This document shows positions 17,854 through 26,616 of a stretch of 53,394 nucleotides of DNA, one piece after another (positions within the stretch are counted from its first letter, which is position 1; each line of letters begins with the position of its first letter). The notes below the pieces were generated by a model, which worked only from the letters and a program-made list of their open reading frames with translations, was not told the origin of the DNA and searched no databases. This DNA is from a virus (taxonomy: Duplodnaviria; Caudoviricetes). Where the stretch lies: positions 1 to 53,394 of IMG/VR virus record IMGVR_UViG_3300014913_000002; one strand, written 5' to 3'. The translations under genes and the position numbers were made by a program.

Positions 17854-19086
17854 TTAGCTAGTGCTGGAGAGAGTCACAAAGGGAGACAGGGTATTGGAGC
17901 CATTCCGAGGAGTGATGGGACTTGCAAGCCAAGGCTGACCGTCAACCCGGAGCACAAACCGCCATGCAGTGCAGTTGGTGGTGAAGTATACATGGGTTGA
18001 AGCATCAATGGTCAGGGTCTGGCGGTCTCCGATGAGGTAGTAACCGAAATCAAATACGCCAATATCACCCTCAGAACCCAAGGCGCTCATCTTTTCCGTC
18101 ACAAAGAAAGGACGGCCAAAGATGGTACCAGGAATCGATTTTGCGGCTCCCTGGTCACGGTTAATCCAAACGAGATTGTGTCCACTGGCTTGAGCGGCGT
18201 TGCCAGCGCCCATCTTCATCAGCTCAGGGAGAACCTCGGGGTTAAGCAACCAGATTGCCCGGCTCTGAGAAGAGGGGAGCAGTCGAGACCACATGTTCAC
18301 TAGGTCGTTGTAATAGACCTTGTTGTTGGCCTGGCGGGTAACCGTGATGGTGCAGGGTGCATTTAGAATACCCAAGGGTTCACCGCCACCAAGACCGCTG
18401 ATGAAGGCGACATCCTCGTAGTAAGCCCATGCTTCACCGAAAGCCCGGCGGATGAAAGATTCAAGCCCGATAGCCGCATCGGCCAGCAAGGCATTAGAAG
18501 CCTTGGTGTAACCGGCTAACTGGTGGGCGGTGAGCTTGCAGTTTCCCCACTTGGGTTCAGAAGCAGTCATGGTGCTGGTCTCACCTTCCCAGTAAGCCAC
18601 AACGCCACCGAAGACGCTTGAGGCATGGGAAGTGTCTTCAACCCGAGGGATATTAATGGTGTCAGAGCTCATCGGAATAATCATGGCACCATTAGCCCGA
18701 ACAATTGCCTTCTCGAGTCCAATCTGGAAAATCTGGTTTTTGTATTCTTCAAAGACCAAGAATCCACCGGCGCTATCGGTGCCCTCAGTCATGGTTTTCG
18801 ATTCAGGTGGAGAAGCAATCTTCCCCGAAGAGTCAACATAGACCAGCCGCTCATCATGCTGGCCGCCCTGTCGGTAGTTGTAAACTGCAGTCAGAAATTC
18901 ACCGAAGCTCTTGAACTTCTTTTCCTTGGCCGCTTTGTTAACTTCCTCTTCTTCTTTACTAGGTGTGAATTTCCCAAGTGCGTCTTGAATTTGTTCTTTC
19001 AGCTGGGCGGCAATGTACTCATCGGCGGTCTCTTTGACTCTATCTTCAATATATTTTTGAAGTTCTTCTTTGGTCATTTTCGTCAT
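17854..19086 (-). CDS. Major capsid protein (HK97 fold)
   Basis: N-terminal coiled coil; EGTDSAGGFLV, GEPLGILN, IFGRPF, RVDGQP. Confidence 0.93.
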   Translation of the reverse strand: MTKMTKEELQKYIEDRVKETADEYIAAQLKEQIQDALGKFTPSKEEEEVNKAAKEKKFKSFGEFLTAVYNYRQGGQHDERLVYVDSSGKIASPPESKTMTEGTDSAGGFLVFEEYKNQIFQIGLEKAIVRANGAMIIPMSSDTINIPRVEDTSHASSVFGGVVAYWEGETSTMTASEPKWGNCKLTAHQLAGYTKASNALLADAAIGLESFIRRAFGEAWAYYEDVAFISGLGGGEPLGILNAPCTITVTRQANNKVYYNDLVNMWSRLLPSSQSRAIWLLNPEVLPELMKMGAGNAAQASGHNLVWINRDQGAAKSIPGTIFGRPFFVTEKMSALGSEGDIGVFDFGYYLIGDRQTLTIDASTHVYFTTNCTAWRFVLRVDGQPWLASPITPRNGSNTLSPFVTLSSTS

Positions 19087-19424
19087 CTCCTGAATAGAGT
19101 TTTCTCCGTGGTGATGGATTTCAGCCTTGGGTGGCCTTGCCTCCTGGTGACCATCTTTGCGATGGTGGGTCTATATCTCCAGCTCAGACCAATAAAGGCT
19201 GGTGCCGCTTAGTTTAAAACGGCACCGTTACTCCTCCCACTCATGGCGGGTGAGCTTTCCGGCTGATTATTCTATATAACAATCTCCACCGGATTGGCCT
19301 TGAGCCTGATATTCTCCGCTCGGAGAGCTACCCCTTTTGCTGACACCAGCGGAGATAAGTTCTTGTGTTAACCTATGTTAACTGACAAAAAGCCGGTTAA
19401 CATAAGTCAGCACAAGAAGAGATT

Positions 19425-19496
19425 TGGAGCTGGCCGGAGTCGAACCGGCGTTTTCCGGTGTGCAAGACCGGAGCCTTCCCTCTAGACCACAGCCCC
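19425..19496 (-). tRNA. tRNA-Ala(UGC)
   Basis: Cloverleaf GGGGCTG-TG-GTCT..AGGC-T-CCGGT CTTGCAC ACCGG-AAAAC-GCCGG TTCGACT CCGGC-CAGCTCC-A; G3:U70 Ala identity pair; CCA not encoded. Confidence 0.95.
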
Positions 19497-19577
19497 ATAA
19501 TGTACATTTGAAATGTACATCTTAAATGCTCGACTAATCGTACAATTTATTGCTCACTTGTGCAATTTATTGCTCGC

Positions 19578-21362
19578 TTACTCGATTTTCCCCTGGAGCT
19601 TCTTGATAGTCTGGTCAATAGTATCTTTGATAACCTCACCAATATTTAGCGACTTGAAGGCATTGTTGATTTTGTCTTCAACCAGCTTTTCAATTTCTTT
19701 CTTGTCCGGTTCCGGCTTTAGATTGACGTTCTCAATATCAATGTCTTTTCCGTCATCTTTTCCTTCGTCTTCGTTTCCTCGTTTGTCAGCCGCTAACACC
19801 TCTTGAAGCGCCGCAATAGCCTTTTTGATGATTTCCCGGTTCTTCTTACTCAGCACTCGGCCTTCTTTCAACTCGGCAATCCTCTCGTCTTTTTCAGCGA
19901 TAATCTTTTCATATTGCTCCCGAATCATATTGGCAATTTGCATCAGCTTTTCTTCCGGGTCTTCTGGCTTCTCTTCGTAAAACTCAGGAAACATAGCCTT
20001 TAGCTCAGCCTCGGTGTATTCTCTGAATTCTGGCACGGGTTTATCGAACTGTTTATAATGTTTGGCCAGATGGTTATAGATGCCCTTTCGGTCAGAATCA
20101 GGAATGTTTACCCCACCCCTTGCACCAAGAAGTGCGGCCATAGCGGCGGCAACACCTTTCCAAACTGCTTTATGTCCTTTTGCTTTGTGGTGGGGTAATT
20201 TATAGCTAGATTTAATATCCGGTTTTTCCGAGTCATACCAGGCACACATTAATTTTAAATCAGAAACCTCGGCTTCTCGAACTTCCGCCGGGCCATTCCA
20301 GGGTGTATCCTCAGGCATCTTGCCCAGGTCTTTATATGGAATAACCCCCTTTTCTTCTAACTCTAAATCTTCAATTTCAATCTCATCTTCAATCTTAGTT
20401 TCCTCTTCCTTGTTAAGTTCCTCTAAGTCAATTTCCTGGTAAATTTCATCTATTTCAACGATTGTCTTTTCTTCCATTTCCTCTTTCCTCCCCAGCATTT
20501 TTTCATACCGACCGAGAATCCCCTTGTGTTCATCAACCCACCGTTGGGCTTCTTCCATTGTCCATTTGTCTTTGTCGAATAGATAAGTAATTATCTTCTT
20601 GCAATCTACGCAATAGAGAGCCTTTATCCCCTTTTTGGCTGAGATGGTAATGGTTCTGATTTTGTGTCCTTTGTGCTTGTCTGGATCATCCACCGGGATG
20701 CGGTGGTAATTTTCGGTTGTCTCTGGCTTGGTGTCTGCGTCAACAACAATCTCCTCTTCCTCGTCTTCAATCTCTATCTCCTCGAGCTCCAGGTCTTTCT
20801 TTAGCTGAACTGACTGAATTAAGCCCTTTCGGTAAGCCTCAACCACAAGGGCGTTTTCGTTGGCCGGTACAGGCACCGCTGAAACTTCAAGTAACAATAT
20901 TTTCTTGTGAATCTTCTCTTTCTCGTCATAATCCAAAGGAATAAACCCGATGGAAAACGCCTTCAAAAACCCTTCCCGGTAGAGTTGGTAAATCTCATTC
21001 GCAAATTGAGATTTTGAGAACTCAAATTTTGCGACCAGCCCTTCTTTCTTTCGTTTTACCCACATCGCCCGGCCAATAGGTGGGTCCATATAGCGGTGGG
21101 CCCACAAAAGGACCGGGTTCTTCAGGTACCCATCAAGCTGTATCCCCCTGGGATCAACTATTTCTCCATCTCTGTCTCGGTCGGCTGTTGAAACAATAGC
21201 GGTAACCGCCCTCTCCTCTTCCGAAGACTCTATTTTCTCGGATGTATAAAATTTGCGGATGAACTTTATTTCATCCTTTTTTATATGCAACCGTTGAGCA
21301 AGTTTACCGGCTTGCTCCGGATTAATGTCTAGGTAATTTATAACCTCGGTTGAAATTTGCAT
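19578..21362 (-). CDS. HK97-family prohead protease with long C-terminal extra domains/scaffold
   Basis: DRDGEIV, NPVLLWAH, PIG, FSIGFIP, LLEVSAVPVPAN; then PETTENYHRIP and SYKLPHH domains and EGRVLSKKN. Confidence 0.9.
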   Translation of the reverse strand: MQISTEVINYLDINPEQAGKLAQRLHIKKDEIKFIRKFYTSEKIESSEEERAVTAIVSTADRDRDGEIVDPRGIQLDGYLKNPVLLWAHRYMDPPIGRAMWVKRKKEGLVAKFEFSKSQFANEIYQLYREGFLKAFSIGFIPLDYDEKEKIHKKILLLEVSAVPVPANENALVVEAYRKGLIQSVQLKKDLELEEIEIEDEEEEIVVDADTKPETTENYHRIPVDDPDKHKGHKIRTITISAKKGIKALYCVDCKKIITYLFDKDKWTMEEAQRWVDEHKGILGRYEKMLGRKEEMEEKTIVEIDEIYQEIDLEELNKEEETKIEDEIEIEDLELEEKGVIPYKDLGKMPEDTPWNGPAEVREAEVSDLKLMCAWYDSEKPDIKSSYKLPHHKAKGHKAVWKGVAAAMAALLGARGGVNIPDSDRKGIYNHLAKHYKQFDKPVPEFREYTEAELKAMFPEFYEEKPEDPEEKLMQIANMIREQYEKIIAEKDERIAELKEGRVLSKKNREIIKKAIAALQEVLAADKRGNEDEGKDDGKDIDIENVNLKPEPDKKEIEKLVEDKINNAFKSLNIGEVIKDTIDQTIKKLQGKIE

Positions 21363-21388
21363 CTGTTCCCCCTTTTTGTGCAAGTAAG

Positions 21389-21502
21389 CCGGGGCCCAGC
21401 TTTATTACCCGGGTGGTGGCTGGTCGACTACCCGGAACGTCCATAACCGACCCGGCAGTCACCACCCTAAGCTAGACCCCGGTTTCCACGGGTCGCCGTG
21501 GA
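21389..21502 (-). ncRNA. Candidate structured RNA in the protease leader
   Basis: 5' hairpin TCCACGG-CGAC-CCGTGGA, then a rod of 14, ~11 and 9 bp helices with G-U pairs favouring the minus strand; TATACT just upstream. Confidence 0.55.
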
Positions 21503-21561
21503 GGGTATAGTATATATTTCTTTATTTAGTCCCATTTTTCGTTACCAATTTAAGATTTATA

Positions 21562-22506
21562 TCAATCCTCGAACCAAGGACTTACCGCACACCGACACCC
21601 AGGATGACAGGGAGGGCTTGGAACATCTTCATAATCAAATTTCATGGTTCGCCGGTGTATTTTTCCATCCTCTTCCCACTCAACCGAAAATTCATCGCCT
21701 TGGTTGAAAAAGTTTTCCTCTACTGCAATTACTCGTCCATCCAACCGCTCGCAAAAGGGACAAGTTTTATCATCGAACATAGTTATCCAGATTTTTTTCC
21801 TCACCACTCCGCTCTGAATCATTGCCTCAACATTAGCCCGGTTGGTGGCCCGGAGTGCCTCGGTGCGGGCAATCATCTCGGAGCGGAGTTTATAAAAATT
21901 GTCATAGGTTTTATTGACACGCTTTATAAGCTGGGGAATCCCCTCCCCGGCCTCAATTCCTTCTTTTAGCTCTTTCTTGAGAAGAGCCACGTTTACTTCT
22001 TCCAGGCTCTCGGAGAACCGGGGGGTATATTGCTCAATCCATTCTTGAATCCGGGCTGTATCAACCTGGAAGACAGCGTCTGCCAAAAGCTCCTCAATGG
22101 CTGTCTGCCCTTCCTCGGCCAAAATCAAGGCTAGTATTTGAGCCATCTCATCAGACAGCTTCGCCTCAAATTCGGCCCGGGGATACATAACCATGTCAAT
22201 CATGCTTTCATCTTTTCTCTGAGAAAAATATTTCTTGAGCTTCTTCAGGTTGGCCACCAGGATTTTCTCTTCTTCCTTCCACACCTTGATAAGCATCTCT
22301 TTTATTTTTGGCTCATGCTTGGCCGTGCGTTTAAAGAGCTTTTCAAAATGAGCTTTCCTGGGGTCTTCCTCAAGGATTTGCTTTGCAATCTTTTTTGCGA
22401 TACTTTCTTTTATGGCCTCATATAGGTGGCCTTTTAGTGTATCTGTGGCCAATTCATTGGCCAGTTCGTTCAGTCGTTTATCAAGAAAGCCTAATCCTTT
22501 TTCCAT
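21562..22506 (-). CDS. Minor head protein (SPP1 gp7/MuF family)
   Basis: RSEMIARTE, KIW...D..TCPFC..LDG, PPCHPGCRC. Confidence 0.9.
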   Translation of the reverse strand: MEKGLGFLDKRLNELANELATDTLKGHLYEAIKESIAKKIAKQILEEDPRKAHFEKLFKRTAKHEPKIKEMLIKVWKEEEKILVANLKKLKKYFSQRKDESMIDMVMYPRAEFEAKLSDEMAQILALILAEEGQTAIEELLADAVFQVDTARIQEWIEQYTPRFSESLEEVNVALLKKELKEGIEAGEGIPQLIKRVNKTYDNFYKLRSEMIARTEALRATNRANVEAMIQSGVVRKKIWITMFDDKTCPFCERLDGRVIAVEENFFNQGDEFSVEWEEDGKIHRRTMKFDYEDVPSPPCHPGCRCAVSPWFED

Positions 22507-22781
22507 TTTTCTTGTGGTTTATAATCCTCGTCTTCCTTATTTGCCAAAATAACTATTGTCCCGGGGTTTATTGGATTAAATTTTTCTATCAAAAATTTTT
22601 CAAATTCCAATCTCTTATCAATGTCTTTCCCTTCAATATTAAATTCAATTATGAATTCATCGGGGTTCTCTTTTGTGCCAAAAACAATTCGCACCTCATA
22701 TATTTCTTTTAGGTGGTTCCGAATATATTTGTCCACCTCGGGTAAAATAGTGGTTACAAATTCCATGATTTGATTATTCAT
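22491..22781 (-). CDS. Hypothetical protein
   Basis: ATGA-coupled to the portal gene. Confidence 0.6.
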   Translation of the reverse strand: MNNQIMEFVTTILPEVDKYIRNHLKEIYEVRIVFGTKENPDEFIIEFNIEGKDIDKRLEFEKFLIEKFNPINPGTIVILANKEDEDYKPQEKWKKD

Positions 22782-24190
22782 GCCAGCATCTCCCTGAGTT
22801 TCTCTTTCGCCCGCTTTACTAGCTCCTCGGTAAGGATTTTCTTTGAATCCTCTACCGGAACCAGATTCATCGGAAACCAGGCCGATTCTCCCCAGGCTAC
22901 CGGTTCTTTACCAAGTTCCTGGCGAACCTCATTGATTTTCAAAATATTTGCCTTAGTGTATGCCTCCCGCTCTTTAAGCTGAAATTCTTTATCCTCAGGC
23001 ACCGGGTTATCAAAGGCCACAAATAGTCGTTCATCGAACATAGGAAGCAGACGCTCGTTCAGCTTTTCTTCAATCCGGCGGAGTCTAGGAAGGATGCCGT
23101 TTTTCATGTGACGGTAGTCGGCTACTTCGGCGTTAGCACGATTTATATCTTTGGAAACCAATGCTCCAATGGGAACATCGAAAGCGGCGGCGATCTCCTC
23201 ACGCATCAGTTTACGGCCTTCAATAAACGACAGTTCTTCCGGAGTCATGGTGTCCCGGTTAAACTTCAGTCCATAAGGAAGAATAACCGTCTTCCCGGAA
23301 TTGGCCGCACCGGAGTATTTTTGCTCCCAGCTCTCCCGGAACCGCTTTAGTGACGGTTCTGACACCCTTTCGCTTTGCTCTATTACTCCGCCGACCCGGG
23401 CTTTTTTCTCAAACAGTGCTTCCTCAAACTCATACATCTTCATATTTACATACACAGCATCAGCTATTCCCTGGACACAAGAAAAACCTTTAAACTGGTT
23501 TTTAGGGTTAGGATAGGTAAAGCGGATAACCTCGTCCCGGCTCAGCTCCACTTCCCGGTTCCCCCGGCGGTAAATATAGCCTTTGATAAAATCTTCTAGC
23601 GACTCGCCGGGAACCGGCTTTATATACTGGCTGGGAATAGGCCATATTTGAACCGGGACTTCCTGTCCGGCGATGTTAGCTTTCACCAAATACCAGTAGG
23701 CATCTCCGGTCAAGTCGAGAAAAAGCGATGTTATCTCCCACAAATCCCGGGCATTGATAAAAGGATTAACATTGGTCATTAAATCCAAAAAGGCATGGTC
23801 GGTGACTTCTTCCACCTCCTCGGCTTTTCTGAGAAACTGGTCGAGGCTATTGTTGCTATAGAGATATTTGAGCCGGCGGTTGTCAACCTGTTTTGTTTGA
23901 ATCAGCGGATATTTCTTCCCCTTCTTTTCTTTGGCTACATAAAGCCGGAGAGGGACGGAAGCCAACGTGGTAGCGTTCAGTGAAGCACATATATAAACCC
24001 AGCTCGTAAAATAGCTAATATATTCTTCAGATGTTCGGGGTTTCTTGTTCTGGAGTAACCCCTCTCCCCACAAGACAGGGTGCATCCAGGAAGAATCAGC
24101 GTTAAGTGGTGCGTCTGCCCAGTCAACGCCTTTTTTGTATAATCCCCGGAGTCGTCCGAGGCTATATATAATTTTCTCGATTGCGTTCAT
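22778..24190 (-). CDS. Portal protein (HK97 family)
   Basis: WVYICA, NPFIN, LDLTGDAYW, EIAAAFDVP, INEVRQELG. Confidence 0.93.
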   Translation of the reverse strand: MNAIEKIIYSLGRLRGLYKKGVDWADAPLNADSSWMHPVLWGEGLLQNKKPRTSEEYISYFTSWVYICASLNATTLASVPLRLYVAKEKKGKKYPLIQTKQVDNRRLKYLYSNNSLDQFLRKAEEVEEVTDHAFLDLMTNVNPFINARDLWEITSLFLDLTGDAYWYLVKANIAGQEVPVQIWPIPSQYIKPVPGESLEDFIKGYIYRRGNREVELSRDEVIRFTYPNPKNQFKGFSCVQGIADAVYVNMKMYEFEEALFEKKARVGGVIEQSERVSEPSLKRFRESWEQKYSGAANSGKTVILPYGLKFNRDTMTPEELSFIEGRKLMREEIAAAFDVPIGALVSKDINRANAEVADYRHMKNGILPRLRRIEEKLNERLLPMFDERLFVAFDNPVPEDKEFQLKEREAYTKANILKINEVRQELGKEPVAWGESAWFPMNLVPVEDSKKILTEELVKRAKEKLREMLA

Positions 24191-24276
24191 TGCTAAAGCT
24201 CCAATTTTGAAATCACAACTTGTGACCTCATTTGTTCATAATTCATGAACGTTTTGTTCATATTCCGTGAACATCC

Positions 24277-25446
24277 CTAGGGCAAAACAATCAGCTCATC
24301 TCTAATGCCGGCCCTCATTTCCTCAAGACCCATGACCATGTAGCGTAAAGAGTCCATTGCGTGGTCGTTCAGCTTTACTGGTTTATCTTTTTCCTCTTCC
24401 CACCGATAAGTTTCAAACTCATCAATCAGGTTTCGGCATCGCCGGCAAACCTTCAGCCGACCGGTCTTGATTCGTTCATTAACTTTATTTATCCCGATAT
24501 TTACATCATTGTCGGCTGATTGAATATCAAGCCCCATTGCTAGAAGCTCTTCAATTTCCCGCTTTCCTGAGGGGTCGGCAAAATAAGTTATCTCGGGGTC
24601 AAGTCGCTTTGCGTGTTCCTGAAGAAGTTCTCTTTCCTTGTAATGCTCATCATAAATAATCAGAACATCATCCGGACTAAGCGCCCCCCGGAGTGCCACA
24701 AACGGATTGTTGTAACCAAAGTCAATCCCACCCACCTTTAGCCAATCATCCGGCGGTTGAAAATCATCTATAATATGCTGGGGTCCAAAGTCGGGATAAA
24801 TTAGCCCTTCCGCCTTGGTGAACACCCCCTCATATCTCAGCTTAAATTGAATCTCGGTCAGAGTCCGCTTTGCCCTCTCGTATTCTTCTTTCGGGAAATA
24901 AGGATTGTCAACATTCCGGAACTGGATAAATTCATAGTCTGGATCGCCGTCTTTCCAACGTTTGTAAAGCTCGTGGTAAATCCAATTCAGGGCAATAGGA
25001 GTAAATGTCAAAAGAATCCTGCCCTTGGTGGCGCTTACTCGGCCTTGCATAATCAGCCAGGCATTGGGCTTCATGAGCGACGCTTCATCAGCCCAAATAG
25101 CTTTGGCTGTGATTCCTTCAATTGACTCCGGCTTCTCTGCTGACCGCAAAAAGAACATCCGGCCATCTATGGTCTCAAAGGTTGACTCGGCTTTGTTGTA
25201 AACCCCATATCCTTTTGGCACTATTTCAAAAAACTTGGTCAGCGTGCTTTGCTTTAAAATTTTGTAAGTAGGAGAAAGGATAATATATTCTCCCGGCCCC
25301 CGCTCTTGTGCCTCGTTCAGTATCCAGACCGACCCAAAGGTGGTTTTTCCTCCCTGCACCCCAGAACAAAAAGCTATAAATCGCTTCTTGCTTTCCCAGG
25401 CTTTCACCTGGAATGGATGAAGCCTTATTTCCAATACTCGAGGCAT
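24277..25446 (-). CDS. terL: Terminase large subunit
   Basis: Walker A GVQGGKT, Walker B IWADEA, TFTP, nuclease GIDFGYNNP and DHAMDSLRY. Confidence 0.95.
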   Translation of the reverse strand: MPRVLEIRLHPFQVKAWESKKRFIAFCSGVQGGKTTFGSVWILNEAQERGPGEYIILSPTYKILKQSTLTKFFEIVPKGYGVYNKAESTFETIDGRMFFLRSAEKPESIEGITAKAIWADEASLMKPNAWLIMQGRVSATKGRILLTFTPIALNWIYHELYKRWKDGDPDYEFIQFRNVDNPYFPKEEYERAKRTLTEIQFKLRYEGVFTKAEGLIYPDFGPQHIIDDFQPPDDWLKVGGIDFGYNNPFVALRGALSPDDVLIIYDEHYKERELLQEHAKRLDPEITYFADPSGKREIEELLAMGLDIQSADNDVNIGINKVNERIKTGRLKVCRRCRNLIDEFETYRWEEEKDKPVKLNDHAMDSLRYMVMGLEEMRAGIRDELIVLP

Positions 25447-25814
25447 TATTTGCCATTGTCTTTTGAGATAATAACCTTTAGTGGTTTAAATTCGGTAGTC
25501 TGCTGGACTTCCTGTTTGTCGGTCATGCCTAGCCAGTTTTTGGCTAGGAAAATCTGAACTGATGCATTATGCTTCTTGACCGCATTTTCATACATTGCCT
25601 TCATGAGACTAATCTTTTTGTGTGCTTGCCCTTCTTTTAATGCTAACAATAATTCTTCATGTTGCTTCTTCCAATTGGCAAAAGTGTTTGGATGAACTCC
25701 AAAATACCAGGCGATGTCTTCTTCGTTTACACCAAGAGTGGCTAACTTTCTGGTTTCTTCCGGATGCCTTTCCGGGTCATATTTTGATGGTCTGCCCGGT
25801 CTCTCTGTTTTCAT
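25446..25814 (-). CDS. terS: Terminase small subunit
   Basis: GRPSKY, HTH (IAWYFGVHPNTFANW), IFLAKNWLG..DK; upstream of terL. Confidence 0.85.
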   Translation of the reverse strand: MKTERPGRPSKYDPERHPEETRKLATLGVNEEDIAWYFGVHPNTFANWKKQHEELLLALKEGQAHKKISLMKAMYENAVKKHNASVQIFLAKNWLGMTDKQEVQQTTEFKPLKVIISKDNGK

Positions 25815-25989
25815 GGATTATCACCCTCACTAAATCATCAGCCTTATGTAATCTATTTAACTGATTCAGTATTTCGTCTGTCGGGAGAAACCGAAGCCTT
25901 ATCTCTGCTTCCTTGTCTCCCGATACAAGGCTTTTGATGGTTAATTGCTTTATTAGTGCCTCAAAAGTAACGCTTGCTTCCTGGGTCAT
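25777..25989 (-). CDS. Hypothetical protein
   Basis: ORF in the late operon, overlapping the terS start. Confidence 0.5.
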   Translation of the reverse strand: MTQEASVTFEALIKQLTIKSLVSGDKEAEIRLRFLPTDEILNQLNRLHKADDLVRVIIHENRETGQTIKI

Positions 25990-26157
25990 TGTTTTGTTGC
26001 ATTTCCTGGGTAGTTATAAATTTTTACCTGGGATTTGTAACCTCTTCCAGGCTTCTGGAATAGATTTTAAGTAGGCCACAATCGCCATCGGGATACACAC
26101 AATCGCCCCGATGATTAAATAAAGAACAAAAGCTATTATATTTAATGGTTTCATTTT

Positions 26158-26415
26158 CTAAAACAATAACATCAACAACCTAGAGGCTATGTCTCTTATG
26201 TCTGGATTTGAAACAATCAACAAAATTATGATTGCTATCAGGATTTTATACAGCTTCTTAATCTTACCCTCTAAATCTATTTGCCTTCTCTCAAGACAAT
26301 GCAGGTCATTGGTCGCCATCATAAACACCATTGTGGCTAAAGTTTCGACCTTCTCTTTTATCGTCCCGGCTGACTTGATTTGCTCAATTAGCTCTTTGTA
26401 TTTATCCCCATTCAT
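26158..26415 (-). CDS. Small membrane protein (coiled coil + C-terminal TM; holin/antiholin-like)
   Basis: NDLHCL motif, hydrophobic ILIAIIILLIV. Confidence 0.5.
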   Translation of the reverse strand: MNGDKYKELIEQIKSAGTIKEKVETLATMVFMMATNDLHCLERRQIDLEGKIKKLYKILIAIIILLIVSNPDIRDIASRLLMLLF

Positions 26416-26616
26416 CTCAGTTTCTCCTCAAGGTGTCCTTCTGAGAAGGATAGATTCTTTAAAATGTATCCTTGATAAAATTACCTATACTTGTTAATAA
26501 CTATCGGTGCTTTTATCAAAAAAATTCACAAAAACCAAAAAACAACTAAAAGTAAATCAACAACTTAATAAAAACCCCTATGAATACAGTAATTGCTATT
26601 TAGAAACACCATTCTT

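Noticed and set aside
18625-19212. 195-aa plus-strand ORF and other antisense ORFs in the track
   Set aside because: They overlap well-supported minus-strand genes and lack RBS or recognisable motifs
19340-19424. Theta/HDV-like ribozyme after the tRNA
   Set aside because: The downstream sequence forms a simple long hairpin; I could not fit the nested double pseudoknot
19425-19496. tRNA as attP site
   Set aside because: Full-length tRNA, no integrase recognised, and located inside the head operon
21389-21502. SRP RNA or 6S RNA identity for the rod RNA
   Set aside because: No SRP GNRA/CAGG-AGCA domain IV motif; shorter than 6S and lacks a large central bubble
26555-26567. IHF-consensus match as a cos/pac marker
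   Set aside because: A single short degenerate match in AT-rich DNA is insufficient on its own
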